From positions 1-64,000 of the forward strand of contig CAXHJY010000603.1 in assembly GCA_964016885.1 (NCBI GenBank): a stretch of DNA of 64,000 bases. Reading direction: 5' to 3'. Below, piece by piece: positions 30,373 to 43,422 of this stretch. How positions within the stretch are numbered: position 1 is the stretch's first letter; every line of letters begins with the position of its first letter. The notes below the pieces were generated by a model that ran no database searches, was not told the origin of the DNA, and saw only the letters and a program-made list of their open reading frames with translations. This DNA is from Eledone cirrhosa. Taxonomy: Eukaryota. Both the position numbers and the translations under genes were made by a program.

Positions 30373-30474
30373 CAGCATATTATCCACTGATCTTTCCCCT
30401 GGGTATCGCTGGGTTCTACTTCGAGTTTATCGATATTTGCACCCTTTTTAAATCTATTATTTCTTAACTTCCTT
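30373..30474 (-). CDS. Candidate exon C (102 nt, phase 2-2) of an unidentified spliced gene
   Basis: Branch-like CTAAT, acceptor ctatacag|, donor |gtaatt. Open only in phase 2: RKLRNNRFKKGANIDKLEVEPSDTQGKDQWIIC. Confidence 0.45.
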
Positions 30475-30648
30475 CTGTATAGTGTATAATATTAGCAGGA
30501 AATGAAAGGGTATTTATAGGTATAGAGATTTTCAATATATATTGGATGACTTTATCATAAATTAAATGTTTTAGTATTTTCAAAATAATTAAAATGTTTA
30601 TAGTAATAATATTGACTCAAGTAATTAACACTATATTAGATTAATTAC

Positions 30649-30701
30649 ACTATTAGATTGTGTTGTGGTGACATGTCAAAGATATTGTTTTTAATTGTCG
30701 A
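30649..30701 (-). CDS. Candidate exon B (53 nt, phase 0-2)
   Basis: atatttcag|TCGACA...ATAGT|gtaatt; reads STIKNNIFDMSPQHNLI(V). Its phases join exon A to exon C. Confidence 0.4.
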
Positions 30702-30788
30702 CTGAAATATCTAAATTTTACTAAGAATTTCATACAATTATTGTGTTAGTAATTTTAGATTAATTAAAAGTTATTTAAAAGTATTTAC

Positions 30789-30898
30789 CTTAGTCAGAAA
30801 TTTCTCTGTCTTTGAGGCGACTTGTTGATTCGTTTGTGGTTTTCGCATTACTGACTGGAAACCTTTCAATAGTTTTATTATATAAAGATCTTGGTTAC
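30789..30898 (-). CDS. Candidate exon A (110 nt, phase 1-0)
   Basis: cttctcacacag|GTAACC...ACTAAG|gtaaat; reads NQDLYIIKLLKGFQSVMRKPQTNQQVASKTEKFLTK; 87-nt intron to exon B. Confidence 0.5.
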
Positions 30899-31183
30899 CT
30901 GTGTGAGAAGGTGGGGGGGGATTAAAGCATGTCTATATTTGGGAGTGCCATTATCATAGATATGTGTGGGTGTGCCTATGTATGTGTAATCATGACTATC
31001 AATATATATGTGTGTGTGTGTGTGTGAGTCTATATTTGGAAGTGTTATTCTGAAAGATATGTGTGTCAGTGTCTGAGTGTGTATGAGATGGTTACTACTA
31101 ATGGGATTGTAGAAGGGGTGTCTGAAGACATTATCTTTGGTCCCCTCCCATAATGAGGGAAAAGAAGAAATATTATCACACAC

Positions 31184-31216
<33 letters not shown>

Positions 31217-31294
31217 GAGTTTCTATACCTCAAATCTGTTAGTCACTATCTCTTTCCCTCCCTCTTTTAGTTTTATATATGTATATATATACAT

Positions 31295-31335
<41 letters not shown>

Positions 31336-31401
31336 TATATATACATATACATATATATATACATTTATATATATATGTATATATATATATATATATGTGT
31401 G

Positions 31402-31441
<40 letters not shown>

Positions 31442-31618
31442 TATATACACATATACATATATGCATATATGAATATATATGTATATACACGTATACATAT
31501 ATGCATATGTATGTATATATATGTATATATATAAACACACATCTGAATATGTATACATATATATATATACATATATCTATATATATAGAAATCACATGGA
31601 GATCTGATTAATACTATG

Positions 31619-31674
<56 letters not shown>

Positions 31675-31678
<4 letters not shown>

Positions 31679-31885
31679 TACGAGTAGGACCCCGACGGCT
31701 GAGCTCAAGCCGTTTCGACAGCTAATTCTGGACTCCAGAATTCTTGAGTCCAGAATTAGCCGTCGAAACGGCTTGAGCTCAGCCGTTGTGGTCCTACTCG
31801 TTCCTATTACCCACTCTACTACCCTAAGTATTGAGTACTTTGGTGCATTATGGTACACCTGGTTCCTTACCACATTTCCTTCGTT
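31675..31885 (+). mobile_element. Half-hammerhead fold-back element (copy 4 of 6, longest hairpin)
   Basis: Palindrome 31675-31807 centred on GCTAATTCTGGACTC..GAGTCCAGAATTAGC, then GAAAC-GGCTTGAGCTCAGCC-GT, then the shared tail and (TA)n. Confidence 0.8.
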
Positions 31886-31994
31886 ATATATACATTCATA
31901 TACATATATACATATATGAATATGAATGTATATATATGTAAACATGTATGTATGTATATATTTATATATATATTATATATGTATATGTATATAG

Positions 31995-33060
31995 ATTTTA
32001 TATGTGGCCGGTGCTCAGGTGCAATAAGTAGCAGCAAGTGCCCACAGAATACTAACTCATTCCATTGCACAGATGGTTCTATAGAAATAGTGGACAGCTT
32101 CCGTTACCTGGGTGACAAAATCAGCAGTGGTGGAGGGTGCTCTGAAAGTACAGTAGCCAGAGTCAGAACGGGATGGAAAAAGTTCAGAGAGCTTATACCA
32201 CTATTAGCCGCTAAAGGGTTCTCTCTTAAAATGAAAGGCAGGTTGTATGATGCCTGCATACGAACAGCAATGTTACATGGCAGTGAGATCTGGGCATTGT
32301 GTGCAGAGGATATACGCAGACTAGAGAGGAACGAAGGTTGCATGCTCCGCTGGATGTGTAATAGTAATATACGTGAACGGCAAAGCATAAACAAACTAAG
32401 GGAGAAATTAGGAATAAGAGGGATCAGATGTTGTTTACTCGAGAGAAGACTACGTTGGTATGGTCACGTGATGTGCATGAAAGACGTCAGCTGTATAAAA
32501 AAGTGCAGGGCGATAAATATAGACGGTAGCCACGGAATAGGCAGACCTAGAAAAACCTGGGACGACTTGATAAATTCCGACTTCACACACTTACACCTCT
32601 CCAAGACAATGTCACTGGACCGAGATCTTTGGCGCTACACAGTAAAACAAAAGACCCGCCTTGCCTAAGTACAAAGCGAAACCTACAGTCAGTAGGCACA
32701 TCTATCAAAAATACACCCCCGTCCCACTACCCACACCCCATCCACACCACCCCCTTAAATGTGAAGTTATGTTAGTACCACAACATCCAGGCCGAAACAA
32801 ATGAGATCGTGTAGGTGTCACGACAAAAAAATACACAGTCCACGCTGTAATGTGGCCGTGTAGGCAACACGGTAAAAACCTCCCAGTCCCACACTGTAAA
32901 TGTGGTTGGTGTTAGGAAGGGCATCCAGCCGTAGAAAACCCGCCAGACAGTCCTATGCGAGCAAGACAACCACTCTTGCCTCAAGTGGGAAAACTCCCGT
33001 CCAAACCCATGCAAGCGTGGAAGATGGACGTTAAACGACGATGATGATGATGATGATGAT
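31995..33060 (+). mobile_element. 5'-truncated RTE LINE (family C): C-terminus and 3' UTR
   Basis: IEIVDSFRYLGDKISSGGGCSE...RRLRWYGHV...GRPRKTW; (GAT)n tail. Confidence 0.92.
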
Positions 33061-33064
33061 ATAT

Positions 33065-33245
33065 AACAAAGGAATTGTGGTAAGGAACCAGATGGACCAG
33101 AGTACTTAGGGGAGTAGAGTGGAAAATTGGAAAAGGTATGACCCCGACGGGAGCGCTCAAGCCGTTTCGACGGCTATTTCTAGACGCAATAGAAATAGCC
33201 GTCGAAACGGCTTGAGCTCTGCCGTCGGGGTCATACCATTTCCTA
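33065..33245 (-). mobile_element. Half-hammerhead fold-back element (copy 5 of 6)
   Basis: Shared tail plus a palindrome with variant stem GACGGCTATTTCTA-gacgcaa-TAGAAATAGCCGTC-GAAAC. Confidence 0.75.
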
Positions 33246-33769
33246 TATATATATATATATATATACACATACATATACATATATGTGTATATGTATATAT
33301 AAATACATATATGCATATATAAATACATATATATATATACATATATGTATATATAAATACATATATATATATATACATATATGTATATATAAATACATAT
33401 ATATATATACATATATGTATATATAAATACATATATATATATATACATATATGTATATATAAATACATATATATATATATATATAATATAGAGTAAAGCA
33501 TGTCCAGAGAATTATTTGATAATATATATACATCATCTCTTGAATTCGTATATATATATATATATGTATGTATACATATATATATATATATACATATATA
33601 TACATATATATACATATACATATATATATATATACATATATACATATATATATATATATAAAAAACATGAGAAGAAAGAAGAATACTGCGTGGTTGCACA
33701 TGGGTTACATATGATAAAATTAATCCCTCGTCAGTGATTTGCCAACCATCATTGATATTTCATCGCATA

Positions 33770-34214
<445 letters not shown>

Positions 34215-34216
34215 GC

Positions 34217-34255
<39 letters not shown>

Positions 34256-34260
34256 TATAC

Positions 34261-34307
<47 letters not shown>

Positions 34308-34646
34308 GGAGGCCCATGGCTTAGTGGTTAGAGCATTGGCCTTGCAACCGAAAGGTTGTGAGTTCAATTCACAGACCAGGTGATGTGTTGTTTCCTTGAG
34401 CAAGACACTTTATTTCACATTGCTCCAGTTTACTCAGCTGTAGAAATGAGATGATAGGGACTGGGGTCCCTATCATTCCACTGCAAAGTGGTTGTGGTGG
34501 TGCCACGGCAAAAAATCACCCACCGCTCACTGTAAATGAGGTTGGTGTTAGGAAGGGCATCCAGTTGTAGAGATCAAGCCAGAATCAGTTCACGTCCCAC
34601 CCTTGCAAGCAGGGAAAAGCGGACGTAAAATTATGATGATGATGAT
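34308..34646 (+). mobile_element. Full-length CORE-type tRNA-SINE, head-to-head with the previous copy across (TA)n
   Basis: GGAGGCCCATGGCTTAGTGGTTAGAGC...GAGTTCAATTC...CORE...CCCACCCTTGCAAGCAGGGAAAAGCGGACGTAAAA(TGA)n. Confidence 0.9.
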
Positions 34647-34813
34647 ACATATATATATATATGTATCACCGTATTTTTGACTAAAGGAATTTTAGCCTGA
34701 TAATGGGGTTTAGAACTAAAATTCCTTTAGTCCTTTAGTCAAAAATACGGTGAAAGCTATTCTATTTTCTAATTTCAAACCTGCTTACTGTTTCAAAACA
34801 TACTTACTTGATA

Positions 34814-34922
<109 letters not shown>

Positions 34923-35387
34923 ATATATATGTATATATATGTGTCAGGTCACTCTCGAGTGCTCCTGGTAACATGTGACCCAGTACAACCTCTCAACGTC
35001 GGGTTGTCAGCGACTAAAGCAACAACCCCACCAAGTTTGCTTGGTGAGGAGGGTTATATTTGGACACCCTGTGTGATAAGGTTTGAGTATCCTTTCTCTA
35101 TTGGATGACATTGAAAGTCTTTAAGAAATTCAATGTCCAGTATGTTTATGCTGTATATCTATATATAAATATTTGTCACAACATGTAAAGAGAGAGTAGT
35201 TTGACTACCTCATACTATTCCTCTCTCTTTACGTCTGTTGCCTGCGTGAATGTATGTCGATGTATTTTGCCTCTTAAAATATTATAAGGTAAAATAAAAT
35301 TTAAGGAAAATCAACCCCAGAACAAGGAAACAATTTGTTTGTAATATTTTTATATTCTCCACTGATTTCTTACATCAGACGTAAAGA

Positions 35388-38300
35388 GAGAGGAGTAGTA
35401 TGAGGTAGTCATAACAACAGTGGTAGCAGCACCCTGTCGTTGTAGAGGGGAGTAGTATGAGGTAGTCATAACAACAGTGATAGCAGCACCCTGTTGTTGT
35501 AGAGGGGAGTAGTATGAGGTAGTCATAACAACAGTGGTAGCAGCACCCTGTTGTTGTAGTGAGGAGTAGTATGAGGTAGTCATAACAACAGTGGTAGCAG
35601 CACCCTGTTGTTGTAGAGGGGAGTAGTATGAGGTAGTCATAACAACAGTGGTAGCAGCACCCTGTTGTTGTAGTGAGGAGTAGTATGAGGTAGTCATAAC
35701 AACAGTGGTAGCAGCACCCTGTTGTTGTAGAGGGGAGTAGTATGAGGTAGTCATAACAACAGTGATAGCAGCACCCTGTTGTTGTAGTGAGGAGTAGTAT
35801 GGGGTAGTCATAACAACAGTGGTAGCAGCACCCTGTTGTTGTAGTGAGGAGTAGTATGAGGTAGTCATAACAACAGTGGTAGCAGCACCCTGTTGTTGTA
35901 GAGGGGAGTAGTATGTGGTAGTCATAACAAAAGTGATAGCAGCACCCTGTTGTTGTAGTGAGGAGTAGTATGGGGTAGTCATAACAACAGTGGTAGCAGC
36001 ACCCTGTTGTTGTAGAGGGGAGTAGTATGGGGTAGTCATAACAACAGTGGTAGCAGCACCCTGTTGTTGTAGTGAGGAGTAGTATGGGGTAGTCATAACA
36101 ACAGTGGTAGCAGCACCCTGTTGTTGTAGTGAGGAGTAGTATGAGGTAGTCATAACAACAGTGGTAGCAGCACCCTGTTGTTGTAGAGGGGAGTAGTATG
36201 AGGTAGTCATAACAACAGTGATAGCAGCACCCTGTTGTTGTAGTGAGGAGTAGTATGGGGTAGTCATAACAACAGTGGTAGCAGCACCCTGTTGTTGTAG
36301 TGAGGAGTAGTATGAGGTAGTCATAACAACAGTGGTAGCAGCACCCTGTTGTTGTAGAGGGGTGTAGTATGTGGTAGTCATAACAACAGTGATAGCAGCA
36401 CCCTGTTGTTGTAGAGCGGAGTAGTATGAGGTAGTCATAACAACAGTGATAGCAGCACCCTGTTGTTGTAGTGAGGAGTAGTATGAGGTAGTCATAACAA
36501 CAGTGATAGCAGCACCCTGTTGTTGTAGAGGGGAGTAGTATGAGGTAGTCATAACAACAGTGGTAGCAGCACCCTGATGTTGTAGTGAGGAGTAGTATGA
36601 GGTAGTCATAACAACAGTGGTAGCAGCACCCTGTTGTTGTAGAGGGGAGTAGTATGAGGTAGTCATAACAACAGTGGTAGCAGCACCCTGTTGTTGTAGA
36701 GGGGAGTAGTATGAGGTAGTCATAACAACAGTGGTAGCAGCACCCTGTTGTTGTAGTGAGGAGTAGTATGAGGTAGTCATAACAACAGTGGTAGCAGCAC
36801 CCTGTTGTTGTAGAGGGGAGTAGTATGAGGTAGTCATAACAACAGTGATAGCAGCACCCTGTTGTTGTAGTGAGGAGTAGTATGGGGTAGTCATAACAAC
36901 AGTGGTAGCAGCACCCTGTTGTTGTAGTGAGGAGTAGTATGAGGTAGTCATAACAACAGTGGTAGCAGCACCCTGTTGTTGTAGAGGGGAGTAGTATGAG
37001 GTAGTCATAACAACAGTGGTAGCAGCACCCTGTTGTTGTAGAGGGGAGTAGTATGGGGTAGTCATAACAACAGTGGTAGCAGCACCCTCTTGTTGTAGAG
37101 GGGAGTAGTATGAGGTAGTCATAACAACAGTGGTAGCAGCACCCTCTTGTTGTAGAGGGGAGTAGTATGAGGTAGTCATAACAACAGTGGTAGCAGCACC
37201 CTGTTGTTGTAGAGAGGAGTAGTATGAGGTAGTCATAACAACAGTGGTAGCAGCACCCTGTTGTTGTAGAGGGGAGTAGTATGAGGTAGTCATAACAACA
37301 GTGGTAGCAGCACCCTGTTGTTGTAGTGAGGAGTAGTATGGGGTAGTCATAACAACAGTGGTAGCAGCACCCTGTTGTTGTAGTGAGGAGTAGTATGAGG
37401 TAGTCATAACAACAGTGGTAGCAGCACCCTGTTGTTGTAGAGGGGAGTAGTATGAGGTAGTCATAACAACAGTGGTAGCAGCACCCTGTTGTTGTTGAGG
37501 GGAGTAGTATGGGGTAGTCATAACAACAGTGGTAGCAGCACCCTGTTGTTGTAGAGAGGAGTAGTATGAGGTAGTCATAACAACAGTGGTAGCAGCACCC
37601 TGTTGTTGTAGAGGGGAGTAGTATGGGGTAGTCATAACAACAGTGGTAGCAGCACCCTGTTGTTGTAGAGAGGAGTAGTATGAGGTAGTCATAACAACAG
37701 TGGTAGCAGCACCCTGTTGTTGTAGAGGGGAGTAGTATGAGGTAGTCATAACAACAGTGATAGCAGCACCCTGTTGTTGTAGTGAGGAGTAGTATGAGGT
37801 AGTCATAACAACAGTGATAGCAGCATCCTGTTGTTGTAGAGGCGAGTAGTATGGGGTAGTCATAACAACAGTGATAGCAGCACCCTGTTGTAGTGAGGAG
37901 TAGTATGGGTAGTCATAACAACAGTGGTAGCAGCACCCTGTTGTTGTAGAGGGGAGTAGTATGAGGTAGTCATAACAACAGTGATAGCAGCACCCTGTTG
38001 TTGTAGAGGGGAGTAGTATGAGGTAGTCATAACAACAGTGGTAGCAGCACCCTGTTGTTGTAGAGGGGAGTAGTATGAGGTAGTCATAACAACAGTGGTA
38101 GCAGCACCCTGTTGTAGTGAGGAGTGGTATGAGGTAGTCATAACAACAGTGGTAGCAGCACCCTGTTGTTGTAGAGGGGAGTAGTATGAGGTAGTCATAA
38201 CAACAGTGATAGCAGCACCCTGTTGTTGTAGTGAGGAGTAGTATGAGGTAGTCATAACAACAGTGATAGCAGCACCCTGTTGTTGTAGAGGGGAGTAGAA

Positions 38301-38887
38301 TGAGGTAGTCATAACAACAGTGATAGCAGCACCCTGTTGTTGTAGTGAGGAGTAGTATGGGGTAGTCATAACAACAGTGGTAGCAGCACCCTGTTGTTGT
38401 AGAGGGGAGTAGTATGAGGTAGTCATAACAACAGTGGTAGCAGCACCCTGTTGTTGTAGAGGGGAGTAGTATGAGGTAGTCATAACAACAGTGGTAGCAG
38501 CACCCTGTTGTTGTAGAGAGGAGTAGTATGAGGTAGTCATAACAACAGTGGTAGCAGCACCCTGTTGTTGTAGAGAGGAGTAGTATGAGGTAGTCATAAC
38601 AACAGTGGTAGCAGCACCCTGTTGTAGTGAGGAGTGGTATGAGGTAGTCATAACAACAGTGGTAGCAGCACCCTGTTGTTGTAGAGGGGAGTAGTATGAG
38701 GTAGTCATAACAACAGTGGTAGCAGCACCCTGTTGTTGTAGAGGGGAGTAGTATGAGGTAGTCATAACAACAGTGGTAGCAGCACCCTGTTGTTGTAGAG
38801 GGGAGTAGTATGAGGTAGTCATAACAACAGTGGTAGCAGCACCCTGTTGTTGTAGAGGGGAGTAGTATGAGGTAGTCATAACAACAA
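35388..38887. repeat. 57-bp minisatellite x ~61 (GTAGTCATAACAACAGTGGTAGCAGCACCCTGTTGTTGTAGAGGGGAGTAGTATGAG)
   Basis: Directly visible; 19-aa periodicity in ORFs 35350-39162 and 37860-38879. Confidence 0.97.
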
Positions 38888-38897
38888 TACATATAAG

Positions 38898-38949
<52 letters not shown>

Positions 38950-39019
38950 TTCTGGTAATATTACACAAATATGACCCTCCCCTAGTATAACAATATATAT
39001 ATATATATATATATGTATA

Positions 39020-39862
39020 TAAGTATGTATACGTACATACATATATGTATACAGACGTACAGTAGTATGTATATATATATATATACATGAACATATATAT
39101 ATATGTACGTATGGATTCACCGAACATTTATTATAATGCTCGGTGTGTTTATAAACAAACATCCCGTATTAAGCCGTACAGTGTCCAGCAGCCATCGTTG
39201 CTCGTTTGTTCAACACCGACAAAGGAACGCTGTATTAGTTTCAAGCTTATTAGCTATCGTCAGCAACGTATACCTTCCTGCCAGATGGTTGAACGTCTGA
39301 AAGCATATACTTTCCTTATGCATATTAACGGTTGAGCAGCCTAATTTGCATATCGAGTGAGTTAATCGGCCGGGGTACCGAAAACGATAAACGGAAAAAA
39401 TGAAACGAAATTTAATTTCTCACTCTTAGTACGGCTGATACCTAAATATAAATATGTATACGTACATACATATATGTGTACAGACGTACAGTAGTATGTA
39501 TATATATATACATACATGCATACATATATATATATATGTATGCATGGGTTTACCGAACATTTATTATAATGCTCGGTTTGTGTGTCATTTCTGTGTGTTG
39601 TTCCTTTGTCAGAGTTAAACAAATGAACAACGATGGTTGCTAGACACTACGGCTTAATTCGGGATGTTTGTTTACAAACACACCGAGCATCATAATAAAT
39701 GTTGGGTAAACCCATGCGTACATATATATGTGTGTGCATGTATGTATATATATACATACTATTGTACATCTGTACACATATATGTATGAACATATACATA
39801 CTTATATTTAAGTAACAGCCGTACTAAGAGTGAGAAATGAAATTTCGTTTCATTCTTTTCCA
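39020..39862. repeat. Rearranged repeat block with direct and inverted copies
   Basis: CCGAACATTTATTATAATGCTCGG occurs at ~39120 and ~39552 and inverted at ~39683-39706. 39598-39862 is the inverse of 39120-39230 plus 39390-39575. Confidence 0.7.
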
Positions 39863-39917
39863 TTTATATATATATATACAACATATATATACATGTATAT
39901 ATATATATATATATATA

Positions 39918-40922
39918 TGATGGCTGTAAACTCTGCTAAGAGTATCGCAATCACTTGTCAGATTCAAATGTGTGATGCTCGGATATGGCTTTTCAAGCCT
40001 TCTAGAGACTTGCACTCCTTCACACACTGACAACTATGGATCTCCCTGGCCTCAGGTCTTGCATCAGGTTGCCCGTGAACCCTCACAATACCATGGAGAT
40101 CATAGTTCACTGGTTCTCTTTGAACATGGCTGCGACTGTGGCTCGTGAGACCAGATTTGCTCAAGCTAATTTTTCCACACTGAAGGCACTTCAATTCAAT
40201 GCAGACACCGATTGTTTCGAGAGATACATCAAGGTATTACTAACGCACATCCTGTTTGATCTTCTCATGCTCAATGCGTCTGCCCTTAAAATTAAGGACT
40301 CCATCATTCCACTCCAAGTTTCTCTTTCAAGAGCTTCAATCTCCCAGTCAGCCTCCATCAAACCAGTTTTTTTCAATGACTCCTTTACACGACCTTTGAA
40401 TCGGAGCCTTTACTTGTGAGGTGGTCTCTTACATTTACAAAGCTTGCCATACAAAAGTTGCTTCAGGATTCGATCATCCTCCATTCTACAAAGGTGTCCA
40501 GTCCATCACAAATGTCGTTGGTGGATGATACTCTCAATACTCCGACACTTCTCTCAAGGACCTCAACATCATTGACATCCATCTGCCACATACATCACTG
40601 CCATGCATCTGTCTCTCTGAGACACTGCTGGTGAAATAGTTCCAGTCTTTTGATATGCTGTTTGTAGGCATCCCATGTGTCACATGTATACAGCAATGAT
40701 GACAGCACACATGTGGCATACACTTTCACCTTGGTCCTCATGGTCATTCCTCACCTGCACCACAGATGGTTGCTCAGCCTTCCAAATCACTCACTTGCTT
40801 TGTTAACACGCAGATCAACTTCTGCCTCCAGAGAGCAGGTCACACTGAGAGTACTCCCCAAATACACAAATCTGTCAGTAACCTTCAGCTTTTGACCATA
40901 TACATATATGGAGGGTTCAATA
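39918..40922 (-). mobile_element. RTE (BovB-like) LINE 3' fragment (family E)
   Basis: LKVTDRFVYLGSTLS...EVDLRVNKAS, RFKGRVKESLKK...ERETW, C-terminal CLQCGK...GLTSHSRSH. The same 3' terminus recurs at 41868-41915. Confidence 0.85.
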
Positions 40923-40952
40923 CATACATATACATACATACATACACATACA

Positions 40953-40984
<32 letters not shown>

Positions 40985-41745
40985 CATACATACATAGATA
41001 CATACATATACATACATACATACATACATACATACATACATAGATACATACATACATACATACATATATACATACATACATATATACACACATACATACA
41101 TATACATACATACATAGATACATACATACATATACATACATACATATACATACATACATATACATACATACAAAGATACATACATATACATACATACATA
41201 CATACATACATACATACATACATACATACATACATACATGGTGGCTGCCAACTCCTTTTCGAGTACGGCCACTACTTTATATCCATGTAGGAGAACCCCT
41301 ACCAATGCGCTGAACGAGTGTGACTTTTGAGTCCAGCCAGTGTCTTGAAAACTCTGGTACAAACACTACACTTGTGACAATTATTGACACATAGTGCTGG
41401 GCCCATGGTACCATGTGACGACAAGTGCAGAGAGATCTCCAGATATAAAGCAATGCCTGTGCCGTGAAGCTTTTATAGTGAGCAAAGGCACTGCACAAAG
41501 CCAGTCCCACTCTCTTAACCAAGATGATATTTACCAAAAAGAAGAACAAGTCAACATCATTGGATACCATCAGGGCTGCAGGTGTTATATCAGAGTTTTC
41601 CTTCTCCTAGAATTCTGCCTTGACAAAGGCTAAGGGGTCATCTCTCCCACATACATACATACATACACATACATACATACATACATACATACATACATAC
41701 ATACATACATAGATACATATATATATACATACATACATACATACA

Positions 41746-41781
<36 letters not shown>

Positions 41782-41870
41782 TACATACATACATACATAC
41801 ATATATATATACATACATACATACATACATACATACATACATACATACATACATACATACATACATACAT
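40921..41870. repeat. (TACA)n tetranucleotide tracts (40921-41238 and 41649-41869) around an unclassified degenerate TE fragment
   Basis: Repeats directly visible; the intervening 41239-41648 is GC-richer with no clean ORF. Confidence 0.85.
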
Positions 41871-42295
41871 GATAGCTGCAAACTCTGCTAAGAGTACTGC
41901 AGTTGCTTGTCAGATTATAGAGTTTGGAGCACCTTTAGGCTATGGCCAGCCACACAAACCTGTAACAGATCCTGAACAAGCAATGCCTGAGCTTTGAAGG
42001 TTTTTTTAAGTGGGGAAAGGCCTTGCACTCGACCAATCCCACTCTACGAAAACACTACCCGAAAAGGGGAACATTCATACATAGGTATATACATAGATAC
42101 ATACTCACACATACATTTATATATGTATGTACATATATATACATAATATACGTATAGATGTATATAATATGTATGGTATATATTTTATTGCAGAATATTT
42201 AAAGTGTAGTTCTGAGTTTTCAACAAGTTTTAGTATATCTTAGATATATATATATATCTAAGATATACTATATATATATACTATATATATGTGTG

Positions 42296-42303
42296 TAAAG
42301 AGA

Positions 42304-42346
<43 letters not shown>

Positions 42347-42454
42347 AGGGAGAGGGAGTGGGGAGAGAAGGGGATAGAGATAGAGAGAGGGACAGATGGA
42401 TGGCTATATATATCTAAGATATACTATATATATATATACTATATATATGTGTAA

Positions 42455-42485
<31 letters not shown>

Positions 42486-43079
42486 AAGGGATAGAGATAG
42501 AGAGAGGGAGTGGGGAGAGAAGGGGATAGAGAGAGAGAGAGAGGGAGTGGGGAGAGAAGGGGATAGAGAGAGGGAGTGGGGAGAGAAGGGGATAGAGAGA
42601 GAGAGAGGGAGTGGGGAGAGAAGGGGATAGAGAGAGAGAGAGGGACAGATGGATGGCTAACATTCAGACAGACAAAAATGTAGATTAATAGATAAAGAGT
42701 GAGTGTGTGTATGTGTGCTTGTGTGTGTGTGCGTGTGTGTGTGTGTATGTGTGCTTGTGTGTGTGTGCCTGTGTGTGTGTGCCTGTGTGTGTGTGTATGT
42801 GTGCTTGTGTGTGTGTGCCTGTGTGTGTGTGCCTGTGTGTGTGTGTGTGTGCTTGTGTGTGTGCCTGTGTGTGTGTGTGTGTGTGTGTGCCTGTGTGTGT
42901 GTGTGTGTGTGTGCCTGTGTGTGTGTGTGTGTGTGTGTATGTGTGCTTGTGTGTGTGTGCCTGTGTGTGTGTGTGTGCCTGTGTGTGTGTGTGTGTGTAT
43001 GTGTGCTTGTGTGTGTGTGCCTGTGTGTGTGTGTGTGCCTGTGTGTGTGTGTGTGTGTATGTGTGCTTGTGTGTGTGTG

Positions 43080-43112
<33 letters not shown>

Positions 43113-43422
43113 CTGTGTGTGTGTGCCTGTGTGTGTGTGTGCCTGTGTGTGTGTGTGTACCTGCGTGTGTGTGTGTACCTGCGTGTGTGTGTGTGCCTGT
43201 GTGTGTGTGTGTGTGCATGTGTGTGTGTGTGTGCCTGTGTGTATGTGTGTGTGCCTGTGTGTGTGTGTGTACCTGTGTGTGTGTGTGTGTGTGTCTGTGT
43301 GTGTGCGCCTGTGTGTGTGTGTGTACCTGTGTGTGTGTGTGTGTGCTTGTGTGTGTGTGTGTGCCTGTGTGTGTGTGTGCCTGTGTGTGTGTGCCTGTGT
43401 GTATGTGTGTGTGCCTGTGTGT
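42296..43422. repeat. (GA)n/GGGAGAGAAGGGGATAGA tract followed by a (GT)n array punctuated by GCCT/GCTT/ACCT
   Basis: Directly visible. Confidence 0.95.

Noticed and set aside
35350-39162. 1270-aa ORF as a real protein, or the array as a CRISPR
   Set aside because: It is a homogeneous 57-bp tandem repeat with no unique spacers and no cas genes. The N-terminus is microsatellite-derived and the frame switches mid-array.
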